This document shows positions 52,865-64,000 of a stretch of DNA of 64,000 nt, piece after piece. Origin of the DNA: Felis catus (Eukaryota); contig NC_058368.1 of assembly GCF_018350175.1 (NCBI RefSeq), positions 146,942,001-147,006,000 of the forward strand. The letters are read 5' to 3'. The position numbers were made by a program, and so were the translations under genes. The notes beneath the pieces are model-generated. The model was not told the origin of the DNA and ran no database searches. It saw nothing but the letters and a program-made list of their open reading frames with translations. Numbering within the stretch: the stretch's first letter is position 1; the number at the start of each line of letters is the position of its first letter.

Positions 52865-54450
52865 TAGAAATCCTTTTATTAGGTTTATTCTCCTTGCAAT
52901 GTGTTAAGGACCCTACTGTTCCATTTCCTCCTTATGAGATACCTTTAAGGTAGGTAGCAATATTGTAATCAACATCACATACCTATGAAACTGCACAAAC
53001 AGGATTGGAATTTTGGTCGTCTGACTCACCAAAACAAACCAAACCAAATCAAAACACCCAAACAAACACACACAACGAAACTTACCCACTGAATTACTGT
53101 TGCTAACTAGAGATATTTTTAAAGGACATGAAAGATTGCCTGGAATCTGCCAGTAGCTCAGTTAAATATCATAATTGTTTTAATATTCCATAAAGGACAC
53201 CTAAGTGATCAGAATTCAAAATTAATACTGGAGTCAATGAGCACTTACTTGTCTTGGTAGTTCAAATTCTAGACCTACCTTTGGCTTAGTTTATTGTTAC
53301 ATTAAGTATCTCTGGTGGTATGTATTTTCCTGTGCTTGAATTCTGACTTTAAGCCCAATACTTCTCTGTCAAATCTTCTAGAAGTGTAAATACTTTTTCC
53401 AGATTTGTATTCTTTCAATAGTTAGACTAATACAGCAAATACAATCTTTTCTATTTCTGTTTTAGTTATGTGCCTGTGCCTAGTTCACGAAACCTTTCAT
53501 TCACTTGAATTATTCCCCTAGCCCCAATTTACATCTACACTTTTGCTGCTGCCTTTTTCATCGAAAATCCTCAAATCCTCAATAAAATTTCCCAAGACGA
53601 GAATCTTAGAGCCCAAATAGTGCATATATAAGTATTCTGCATATTCTTAATCATTAGCTACTTGTAGCCATTTTGTTCCAAAGTGAGCATAGCCCTTTGT
53701 TGTCTCATTTGTGGGTCATTTTTTCCTTACAAATGCCCAGAGTATTGTACACAGATAAGGAATCATGATGAAGTTTTGTGAGCTTGAGGTGTACTTGGGA
53801 TTTACAAGTGAATTAAAGTGATGCTATCCTAGGAATAGTCTTGGTCATCCTTTTAAGAGTGAAATCAACACTTATTGCTAGTTCTAGTGTTTTTTAAGCT
53901 ATTATATATTGAATGTGGAGGAGTAATACAAAGCTAGGAACAAAGATCAAAAGACTTTGTTTAATCTCTGCAATGGCATTATACGGTCATTAACCACTGT
54001 GTGTGCACCACAATTTCATTCATTAAAACACACACATGCCTGAGAAACCTAACATGTATGGTGTATGCATATGTATATGCACCAAATATAGCTCATGTGC
54101 ACATGTGCATGTATATATACACACACACAATCCCAATTCTAGACGAGTTATTTTATCTATATTACATGTGATAGAATACATATAACGTCTAATTCAGTTA
54201 AATAGTTTCTTTTATTTAAAAAAACTAGATAATTAACTAGATTTTTATTTGACATTAATTATGTAGCTAATAGCTCTAGGTTTTTTCCATTTCCCTCTGT
54301 GCTTTTGCCTATGTATACATCTATGGAATCAATTTGTTTAATACAATAGAACCTTATCATAAACCATTTTGCTATAGCATCTTTTCAGTGATATCAGTGC
54401 AAAAGAATGTATTCTGAATGCTCATTATGATGCCAAGTAGTTCTGCCTCA

Positions 54451-54656
54451 TTTTTTTATGTTTATTTATTTATTTTGAGATAGAGACAGCGTAAGTGGGG
54501 GAGGGGCAGATAACGGCAAAGAGAGAACCCTAAGCAGGCTCCGTGCTGCCAGCACAGAGGCCAAGACTGGGCCTGAACTCACGAGACCACAAGATCATGA
54601 CCTGAGCCGAAACCAAGAGTCCGATGCTTAGCCGACTGAGCTGCCCAGGCGCCCCC
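54451..54656 (-). mobile_element. CAN-SINE
   Basis: Reverse SINEC ending CCCAGGCGCCCC. Confidence 0.92.
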
Positions 54657-54664
54657 TCTTTCAT

Positions 54665-54808
54665 GAGGTCATGACCTCACATTCCGTGAAATGGAGCCCT
54701 GTGTTGGGCTCTGTGATGACATGAAGCCTGTTTGGGATTCTGTCTCTCTCTGTCTCTCTCTGTCTCTCTCTCTCAGAATAAATAAACAAGAAAAGTTAAA
54801 AAAAAAAG
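54665..54808 (+). mobile_element. 5'-truncated CAN-SINE, head-to-head with the previous one
   Basis: Starts at AGGTCATGACCTCAC; (CT)n; AATAAATAAAC and A tail. Confidence 0.85.
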
Positions 54809-57800
54809 TGAGAACCTGAAAAATGGATCCAGTTTCTTTATTATCACATACACTTATTAATTACTTATATTGAACATTTGGGTTTCTCATTATAACAAAG
54901 GCCCAGTCAGAATCACCAAGATCGAGAGTTGCAGTGAATCCTATGGGTCGTAAACCCAGAATCTTCATGTTCTGTAGTATTTTCAAATGAGGTTTGTATT
55001 TTTTCATAAATAAAACCATTAAAACACATGTTTGACACCCAAGTGTTGGTTTTCTTAACCTTCAAGATTTTCTGTGACATTTTAATGCGAAAGGCAAAAA
55101 TACCCATTACTTGGTTTTCAAGTTCCTCTTTAAAATTTTTTGACAGCATCACTTCCCACAAAAGTATCTCCTAAAAATGGCCTGAGGTAACCTCAATGGG
55201 ATAATGGTTTATAAATACATTTTAGTTAGTGCAGTGGTAATTAGTGACACATGAGTGAAGAACCATATTTTAAGTTCATGGATACTGAGCTTAGTGAATG
55301 ATGTTTTGCTTTATAAGAGTCTGTTGGGGGCTATCATGAATAATAATGAGGGAAGAACATGTATTTGCATCTTTAGTGAATGTCCTGAGGCAGCAAGGCC
55401 TTGAGAACCCTCATGTCCGGGGTTCCACTGCCTGAGCGGCATCCCAGACTACCCTCCCCAGCAGAGCAAAGCTGCAATCAGCATGTTGCTGCAAAGGATC
55501 ATTACCTTTTTGACACCACTTTCATTGCTTCTTTCATCCTAAATTTCTCTGAGAACAAGTTTTATTCTTTCTGTAACTATAATACATCTCATTTTGACAC
55601 TTTTTATCAGTAATTACAAAAGAATCAGTAGACTGGAATTTGGAGTAATTCAGATATTGTCTATCTCGAATGTAGCTCCTGCTTTTGTAGAGCTTCTGAT
55701 ATGAAATGTGACAATGCAAACTTTCCTGCTTTGTGCAGTGAGGACCAGATAAAGAGTATCTGCTCAAAATCCCCTCATTAGAGGTAACCTTTGGACACCT
55801 TTCCTAAACCAACACTATTCCTATCTTTCCCTACTTCCTCTCCCCTGAATGATGTTCTTTGTAGCACACATCACTTTCTAACATTGTATTTATTAATTCA
55901 CTTCCTGTCTCTCCAGTGGAATATAAGCTTTATAAAAATAGCATTTTGTCTATCTTATTCACCTTTATATCTTGAGTACTACAACACTGTCTTGCACGTT
56001 TTTACTGGATGAATGAATGATAGGGTCATAAAAATGTTGATGTTGCTTATATATATTCACCTTATGGGTTGACAATTCTGGGGCACTAGGTGACAGCATT
56101 TATCCCACACCAATTAAATTCTGACTGTGTGCTAGGCATTAGGACATGTGAAGATAAGATAAAACCCTTGCCCCGTAGAACTTAACAGCTCATAAAATAT
56201 TACATTAGTATCATTTTCTGGGTATGGGTTTTTATGACTGCATAATTAGAAGGGCTTCCTTTTACCTACAGTTTAAGAGGCTGAATTTAAAGGTCATGAA
56301 AGATACCCACTGCAAATCCCACAATAGAGTTACTGTTACGATTGAAGTCGTTGTATCAGCCATTAAAGAATGCAAGCGTGTTAGTAAGGGCTGGTAATTT
56401 ATTAATGCAGTAACAGTTATGATAACCTGTTTTCATTAAAGATATTCATTGAACATACTATGTGCTAAACATATGTATATCTATCTATATTCACCAAGCA
56501 CTAGAAGTGGCACAAGAAAAGATGTTATTTGTGGAAGGCAAAGCGAAGGACTCAGAGAAGTCTAGATGGAGCACAGGAGTCTTCCCAAGGAGGAGGAATA
56601 GAGTAAGCTGCGAACACCAGAGGCCACAGTACCTGGCAGACTGGCATTAAAAGGAAAAGTAAATCAGATACACAAGTAGGGGTTTGCCAACAAATAATGC
56701 TCATGATTTGGGACTTCCCATAGAACTTTGTGGACTCAGAGATTAGAAATCATCTAGGTCAACACTTCATTTTAGAGATGAAGAAAATCAAGAAATGGTG
56801 ACTTCAGTTGCTAGAAGAGTGAGTATTTGACTACTTTGGTTTTATGACCATTTCACATCCATTTTCTTCTTTTGTTAGTGAGCCTTGAGTTTTAGTTAGG
56901 GCACTGCCTTCCTTTTATACTGGACTCTTGTAGCATAGTAAGCCCCATTCATACACACCCTCAGCCTAATCCAACCACAACAAGCCTTTTCTCTGGACAC
57001 ATTGATGCCATCAACATGACTCGACCCATGTGATTTGAGTGACACATTGCTACTCTGAGTCCCAGTGAACTCTAGATGTAGTTTGACTCAAAGTTGGAAG
57101 GATAAGGACTGAATCTGCTTCAACCATCTTGCTTCTGCCAGGTAGGGCCTGGCTGCAACTGGAACCAAGGCAGAGAGGACCTGGAGGCCGGAGGAGGGCA
57201 GGTTCAAGGCCTGGGGTCATTGTCAGAATCTCTGCAGCAGTGGTTGCCTGAAAAGCAACACTGCCTCCTGTGCTTCTCAGTTTTCTCAGCCACTGAGCTC
57301 CTTTTTTCTTTTTTCTTTCCATAATTCTTTCTTCTTTTTTGTGTTGTTTTGCTTATATACGTTTGGACTAAAGGCTTAGTTCGTCTTTGTCAGGTAAATG
57401 TCCTAACTGATACACTGGTGGATTCTCACTCAATTTTTATTTGTTTGGTGTTTAAATGTGTTTCTTGTGCTTTGACTTAAGAACAGTCACATAGGTGAAC
57501 ATATCTATTTGGTACAATTTGGTACTAGTTTTAGTTCTAAGGATAAGGCCATGAAAAAATTAGGGTACTATAGAAGTTAACAGTATCAAGTGTGAGCTAG
57601 GACCTTCAGTTGTTTCCTCAAACTCTCTTTCCAGCTCTTTTAGACACAAAAAGGAGTTAATAGTTATACTTGTCTCCTGAGATAATCCTGAGATTATTGT
57701 GAGGATTAAGATTATATTCTTGTAGCACCTAACAGGGTCCAGCACACGTTCAAGACTTAGAGATGTCTTATGGTGATTAATATTATATTAACAATTGCTT

Positions 57801-57909
57801 AGTCCAAGTCTGACCTAAAAGTCATTGCTAAGTAAATGGTAGGTGAAAAACAGATGGCTTCTCATTTGGGATAAGAAGAATTGACCTTATTCTCTCCTTT
57901 AGAGATTTA

Positions 57910-58096
57910 TGCTTTTTATTTTCTTTTTTAGAGAAAGAGAGCCTGTGCTGGCAAGCGAGGGAAGGACAGAGGGCCCAAACAATGTCCATGCCCAGCACGG
58001 AGCCACATGTCCCGCTGGAGCTCACAGCCATGAGATCGTGACCTGAACCGAAATCTAGAGTTGGACACTTAACTTACTGAGACACTCATGTGCCCC
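57910..58096 (-). mobile_element. Diverged CAN-SINE
   Basis: GAGATCGTGACCTGAACCGAAATC...TGCCCC; flanks TA(G/T)AGATTT. Confidence 0.85.
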
Positions 58097-59006
58097 TATA
58101 GATTTTATTTTTAAAGTCCTATTCTGGCCTTTTTTTTTTTTTTTTCAATTTTGTCACCTTTATTTAGGCAATGGGTTTCTTATGATCTCATTTTTTCATA
58201 TTGTCCTCCCAAGAGCTTTTTGGGATTTCATTTCTACCCCTGGTTTCCTTCTGCATGCCCAAACTAACAGACAACCTGCCTGCTAATAAGACATGCTCCG
58301 AGAAACCGTATCTATTTTTATTTCTAATCTGTTCTAATACAACCTCTAAAGCTGCTTCTTACAAGTTTCATTTTCAGAGATCCCAATCATATTTTGGCCT
58401 AATAAATGCCATTTTATGCTTCTGAAATATATGTTAAGTAGAAAAATAGATCTTTTTTGTTTTTTTTTAATCATATTATCTTCTTCACAAGGGTAAAATT
58501 ACTTTTTCACTGATAGAACAATTCTCTTTTCTGTATTTCAAGTTTATTCTCATTTTTGGCAATTACACTATTCTGGGGGTTAGAATTCTCTGATTATATG
58601 CTAACGCTCTCTCATCACTTTATGTGAGCATGTACCAGAAACTGTTTTAAGTTAGAATGGACCACATGCTGAAGAGAATGGGTAACACAGGCAGTGAGAA
58701 TTTATTAAGTATGGTAACCTGGGATTCTCCTTGTATTCTCCTTACTGGGTGATTAATGAGAATATGCATATATAAGGTAATTCCAAGGTAAGATTTTCCA
58801 ATTACTTTTTTTTGTTTTATTATATAATAATTTTTTTTGTGTGTAACTAATTTTTTTTTATATTCCAATAAAACTCCAATCATGTACAATCAGTTTGAAG
58901 AAAATTATATTATTTACAGTTCTTCAAACAGAGTAGCTTCTACTGTATTTTGGGATCTGAGCTCATAGGATCCTAAACAAAAGCCTACAACTAAGAATAC
59001 AAGAAC

Positions 59007-59024
59007 TTTTTTTAACGTTTATTT

Positions 59025-59073
<49 letters not shown>

Positions 59074-59235
59074 ACATATGCACATGAACTTCAGAGGGGC
59101 AGAGAAAGAATCCCAAGCAGGCTCTGCACTGTTAGTGAGGAGCCCAGTGTGGGTTCAGTCTCACAAACCATACATCATAACTTGAGCCGGCATGAAGAGT
59201 TGGACACTTCATCAACTGAGCCTCCCAGGCGCCCC
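59007..59235 (-). mobile_element. CAN-SINE with expanded (GA)n (59028-59071)
   Basis: Reverse SINEC ending CCCAGGCGCCCC. Confidence 0.9.
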
Positions 59236-61923
59236 TCAGAATATTTTTCAGAGAATGAGAAAACCAATGGACCTGGCTGCACATCTAACAATGAGGGTCG
59301 TGACTGGGCCCCTTGGGTCAAAGGTCATTAAGTATTTTTGTAAATGCTACATAAAAATATAATTTGGGGGACCTAAGACTCTGCTGAATAAATGTGACCT
59401 GGAGCTTGCAGGATAGATTTTTACGAACTTAGTGCAATCTAGTTTGGGAATGAAAATGGTGACACCCACAGCTGTATAGATTTATCCTTTCGTCAATCTC
59501 TCATTAGCATAAATAGAATGTCTGAGAAAGGAGCATACATTTTGTCTGGTTTCTTCCCACAGAATTTTTCTTTTCGCCTTGTTTCTAGGTCCAACGATAA
59601 AGTGGAGCAAGTTAACAATCAGGTTCTTAGCTGGTTTAGACCAAAGAGATGATTATGGCCCCCATGTTCATTGGTAGACCCTACGCAACAGTCACTGAGG
59701 GTCTTCAGGAATAATTTCCCAAACTGTATATACATAAGAGCTAGACTGCAAAGGGAACAGAGGACTCTTCAAGAACCCACTGAATCAAGAAGCTACCAAA
59801 ACACCTGACTACTCCAGTCCTCTATAACCTCTGCGCTAACTGCACCAGAAAACTCTATGCCATACACCCTATTCCACTCCTACGAAACACAGCATACATT
59901 CAGAGTTTTTGGGGATCTGATTGACAGAATCTAAATTGCCTGGAATTTTATGTGCCTAAAAATCTGGGAAAACTAGCCTTTAGACAGCAAACGACTGCAG
60001 ACAGAGAAGTAGGCTACAAGAGAGGTAGAATGATTGCTGAGCAAGCTAGCCTCGTTATCTGCCACGTGGGTCTAGAGGCACACATATTTTGATAATTGAA
60101 GAATCTCATCTGTGACGTCCTTAGGAGCAGACAATTCAAATTAAATTCCTGGAATGTTTGGATTGTAAATATCTGATGATTTGCCAGAGATGCATACAGG
60201 AAAGGTAGAAAGATGGGAAGGAACAGGAGGGTTGTAACAGAAGCCAAGGTCCTAGGATCAGACAGATTCATTTGATGAGATCTTCTTTAGATTCTTTCAT
60301 TTATTTGCTCTCCTAAGAAACACCGGCTGCTTCAACCATCTTGCTACCTCCAGATACACCGCGTCTGTGACTGGAACCAAGTCAGAGGACTTGGAGCCTA
60401 AGAGGATGAAGGTTCCGGGCTCGGGTAGTTGCTTACATAAAACATCTCCTTGCTTTACCTTTCCCCCCACCTGACCTCTTGATCTCGCTCTTTTTACCTC
60501 TAAGCAGAGAACAGAAACAACTTCTCTCCCTGGGCAGGACAAAGCGCTTTTGTCTGTTAGCAAGCAGTTTTCTCTGTGGCCCTTTCGTTTCCTAGATGAC
60601 TACAACCAAGCATACCGTTTAAAACACTGACACCCTCTTACCACCAGCACCATGTCAGAAGAAGGTTAAACTTGTTTCTTACCAGAGGTGTGCGCTTCAT
60701 GCATTTGCAGCTTCCTGTGCGGTACCTGGCGTGAGTGCCGGCACTATCTGTTTGGGGAATGCTCCCAGACTGGAGGGAGCTGGCATCCGTACAACAGCAG
60801 CGACGGGAACTCGAGGTTTCCGCAAGCAACTTACAGCCTGGCATCAAACTCTCAATTCCCCAGCCCTGCTGAATTAGTTGCTTCTTTCCTCTTTTCAAGT
60901 GGCAGCATCTGGACAGTCTTCAAGATGAGAAACATCTGTTCCCATCCTTGAATTTGCACTTTCTCCCTAAAACTCTGACCTAAACCCTAGTGCCTAGGCG
61001 AGCCAACAAACAGGCTGTGTGTTTGAGGGACCCTCTTTCTGAGCAGACTTGCAACCTTCCAGTCAGGATGCACATAGGGTCTACTGTCTGTGGCTCCCTA
61101 AGTTTCGTTCTCTGCATCTTTTTTAAGTTTTTATTTAAATTCCAGTGAGTTAGCGAACTGTGTAATATTAGTTTCACGTGTATAATATTGTGACTCGACA
61201 TTTTCATACCACACCTGGTGCTCATCACAACAAGTGCACTCCTTAACCCCATCACCGATTTTACCCATCCTCCCTCCCATCTCCCCTCTGGTAACTATCA
61301 GTTTGTTTTCAACAGTTAAGAGTCTGTTGTTTTGGTTTGCCCCCCCCCCCCCCCCCCCGCCTTCTCTCTTTTTTTTCCTCTTTGTTCGTTTGTTGTGTTT
61401 CTTAAATTTCACATCCGAGTGAAATCATATGGTATTTCTTTTTCTCTGACTGGCTTATCTTGCTTAGCATAATACTCTCTAGCTCCATGCACATTGTTGC
61501 ATGTAGCAAGATTTCATTCTTTCTGATGGCTGAGTGATATTCCATTGTATATATGAAACACCCTATATGTTAGGGACCACCTCTTCCCTATCTATTCATC
61601 AGTTGATGGACACTGAGACTTGTTTCCATAATTTGGCTATTGTAAATAATACTGCTATAAATATCGGGGTACATGCATCCCTTTGAATTAGTATTTTTGT
61701 GTCATTTCAGTAAATACTGAGTGGTGGTACTGGGTAGTTTCATTTTTAACCTTTTGAGGAAACCCCACACTGTTTTCCAGAGTGGCAGTACCAATCTGCA
61801 TGCCCACCAACAGTGTAAGAGGGTTCCCCTTTCTCCGCATCCTCACTAACATCTATTGTTTCTTGTGTTGCTGATTTTAGCCATTATGACAGGTGTGAAG
61901 TGATCTCATTGTGGTTTTGATTT

Positions 61924-63505
61924 CAGCAGGGATGACTTCATTATTACATTCAGGGGTATTTTCCCCCCACAAACCCAAAGGGAGGGCCACCCTTAGCAAT
62001 ATCACTCCCAGTGACTACAATAGAACCCTCTGGGGAGCTCAGGAAGGGGTGGGATGGGTTATAAGCTGCTGTATATTATGCGGACAGATATGGCTTCTCA
62101 CTGTCTCCCTTTTCTCCACTAGAAGGGAGCAAAGGAGTAGGCTTAGGTAAGACATCCTGGCCACCCCCAAAATGCACCCTTCCAGACTACTCTGCAGGCA
62201 CAGGTCCCCACATTAGAAGTAGGATACCCTCACCTCACGCCAGTCAGAGTGGCCAAAATGAACAAATCAGGAGACTATAGATGCTGGAGAGGATGTGGAG
62301 AAATGGGAACCCTCTTGCACTGTTGGTGGGAATGCAAATTGGTGCAGCCACTCTGGAAAACAGTGTGGAGGTTCCTCAGAAAATTAAAAATAGACCTACC
62401 CTATGACCCAGCAATAGCACTGCTAGGAATTTATCCAAGGGATACAGGATTACTGATGCATAGGGGCACTTGTACCCCAATGTTCATAGCAGGACTCTCA
62501 ACAATAGCCAAATTATGGAAAGAGCCTAAATGTCCATCAACTGATGAATGGATAAAGAAATTGTGGTTTATATACACAATGGAATTCTACGTGGCAATGA
62601 GAAAAAATGAAATATGGCCTTTTGTAGCAACATGGATGGAACTGGAGAGTGTGATGCTAAGTGAAATAAGCCATACAGAGAAAGACAGATACCATATGGT
62701 TTCACTCTTATGTGGATCCTGAGAAACTTAACAGGAACTCATGGGGGAGCGGAAGAAAAAAAAAAAGAGGTTAGAGTGGGAGAGAGCCAAAGCATAAGAG
62801 ACTGTTAAAAACTGAGAACAAACTGAGGGTTGATGGGGGGTGGGAGGGAGGAGAGGGTGGGTGATGGGTATTGAGGAGGGCACCTTTTGGGATGAGCACT
62901 GGGTGTTGTATGGAAACCAATTTGTCAATAAATTTCATATAAAAATAAATAAAGAAAGAAAGAAAGAAAAAAAGAAGAAGTAGGATACCCCAATTCCTCA
63001 GCCTTTTTCTAAACTGAGAAGCAGTGACAGCAGGGGCACAAGCACATTGCCCGCACTCTCCCCTCATCTAAGAGATCACATGGGGAAACTGCAATAAAAG
63101 CTCGATGCCCCCGCTGCTCCAAAGATTTTAAAGTCCTTTTGTATTCCATGAGAAATTGTTTTTACGGGGAACGGGGGGGTCAGAAAGGCTGCATTTCAGA
63201 AATGCTTTCGTAATGGTTTTTGATAAATTTTACTCTTCTTACTGGTGCTATTTTGTAGAATAAGGAACAACGTTGATAGGTTTTGTGGGAATTTTTTATG
63301 CACTTTTGTTAAATCACAGACTTCTATTTTTACGTTTTAATATTTTCATAATCTTTTTTTTTTTTTTGTACCTGGAGCCACGTAACAAGTATGGGGGAAA
63401 ATTGTGCCTTGTTTCAACAGTCTTGCTAATTTTTAGGCTAAAAGATGGCAGATGCCTAGAGTTTACCTTATGCTTAATTAAAATCAGTATTTCTCTAATT
63501 GGCTA
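61924..63505 (+). pseudogene. DNMT3B: Processed (retro)copy of the distal DNMT3B 3'UTR, no coding sequence, interrupted by an L1 at 62230-62975
   Basis: Non-repeat insert bounded by a 12-bp duplication of the host L1. It is collinear with the human DNMT3B 3'UTR as I recall it (CAGCAGGGATGAC; AATAGAACCCTCTGGGGAGCTCAGGAAGGGGT; TTTACTCTTCTTACTGGTGCTATTTTGTAGAATAAGGAACAACGTTGA; GATGCCTAGAGTTTACCTTATG; AATTAAAATCAGTATTT). Ends ~23 nt after ATTAAA (63477-63482). Identification is from memory, not a search. Confidence 0.85.
62230..62975 (+). mobile_element. Young 5'-truncated felid LINE-1 (ORF2 C-terminus, 3'UTR, tail)
   Basis: Uninterrupted 157-aa ORF2 C-terminal frame (62249-62722; [19 protein letters not shown]); A/(GAAA)n tail; perfect 15-bp TSD AGAAGTAGGATACCC (62215-62229 / 62976-62990). 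Confidence 0.97.
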
Positions 63506-64000
63506 TGGTTTTGATTTGTATTTCCCTGATGATGAGTGATGTTGTGCAACTTTTCATATGTCTGTTGGCCATCTGCATGTCTTCCTTGGAAAAATGTCTG
63601 TTCATATCTTCTGCCCATATTTTAATTAGATTCATTTTTTTTTGGTGGAGTTTTAGAAGCTCTTTATATATTTTGGAGACTAACCCATCAGATATGTCAT
63701 TTGCAAATATCTTCTCCCATTCCATAGGTTGCCTTTTAGTTTTATTGATTGTTTACTGTGCAAGAGTTTTTTCTTTTGATGAAGTCCCAATAGTTTATTT
63801 TTGCTTTTGTTTCCCTTGCCTCAGGAGACATATCTAGTAAGAAGGTGCCATGATCAATATCAAAGAGGTTACTATCTATGTTCAACAAAACAGGAAAGAA
63901 TATCCATTGGGGAAAAAGACAGTATCTTCAACAAATGGTGTTGGGAAAACTGGACAGCAACATGCAGAAGAATGAAACTGGACCACTTTCTTACACCATA

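Larger units (their letters stand above)
61118..64000 (-). mobile_element. Host LINE-1 3' portion (minus strand: 61118-61923 and 63506-63882) with a 5'-inverted segment (+, ~63881 to window end)
   Basis: T tail and reverse 3'UTR at left; ORF2 C-terminal sequence is continuous across the insert once the TGGTTTTGATTT duplication is collapsed; orientation flips at ~63881 to CAAAACAGGAAAGAATATCC. Confidence 0.9.

Noticed and set aside
59560..59630. Strong-looking splice acceptor (pyrimidine tract plus TAG at ~59588)
   Set aside because: No convincing donor or recognisable coding frame downstream.
1..64000. CRISPR array, operon, genuine tRNA genes or a novel multi-gene system
   Set aside because: The sequence is mammalian; the recurring repeats are dispersed SINEs/LINEs, the tRNA-like A/B boxes belong to CAN-SINE heads, and no regularly spaced repeat-spacer structure or intact gene is visible.

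Overview
Repeat-rich, AT-rich mammalian DNA, almost certainly felid (cat-like), judged from the many tRNA-derived CAN-SINEs (GGGGCGCCTGGGTGGC head, (CT)n body, A tail) and carnivore-type LINE-1s. I recognise no intact protein-coding gene. Most longer ORFs in the track are broken L1 ORF1/ORF2 pieces, their antisense shadows, SINE read-through or microsatellite translations. Roughly 40% of the window is L1: three copies that retain a 5'UTR, one 5'-truncated copy, two copies with 5' inversions and one young 3' fragment. There are also about 20 SINEs, three Tigger-type and one MER5-type DNA transposon relics, and MIR/L2 remnants. The most notable item is a three-layer nest at 61.1-64.0 kb: an L1 interrupted by a tail-less, 3'UTR-only retrocopy of DNMT3B (identified from memory of the human 3'UTR, with its miR-29 8mer intact), which is itself interrupted by a young L1. 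Several L1s also carry locally templated insertions, inversions and microhomology junctions. I see no evidence of a new multi-gene system; the interesting signals concern retrotransposition and DNA-repair history plus a few candidate regulatory islands. Repeat family names are by-eye assignments, not database results.
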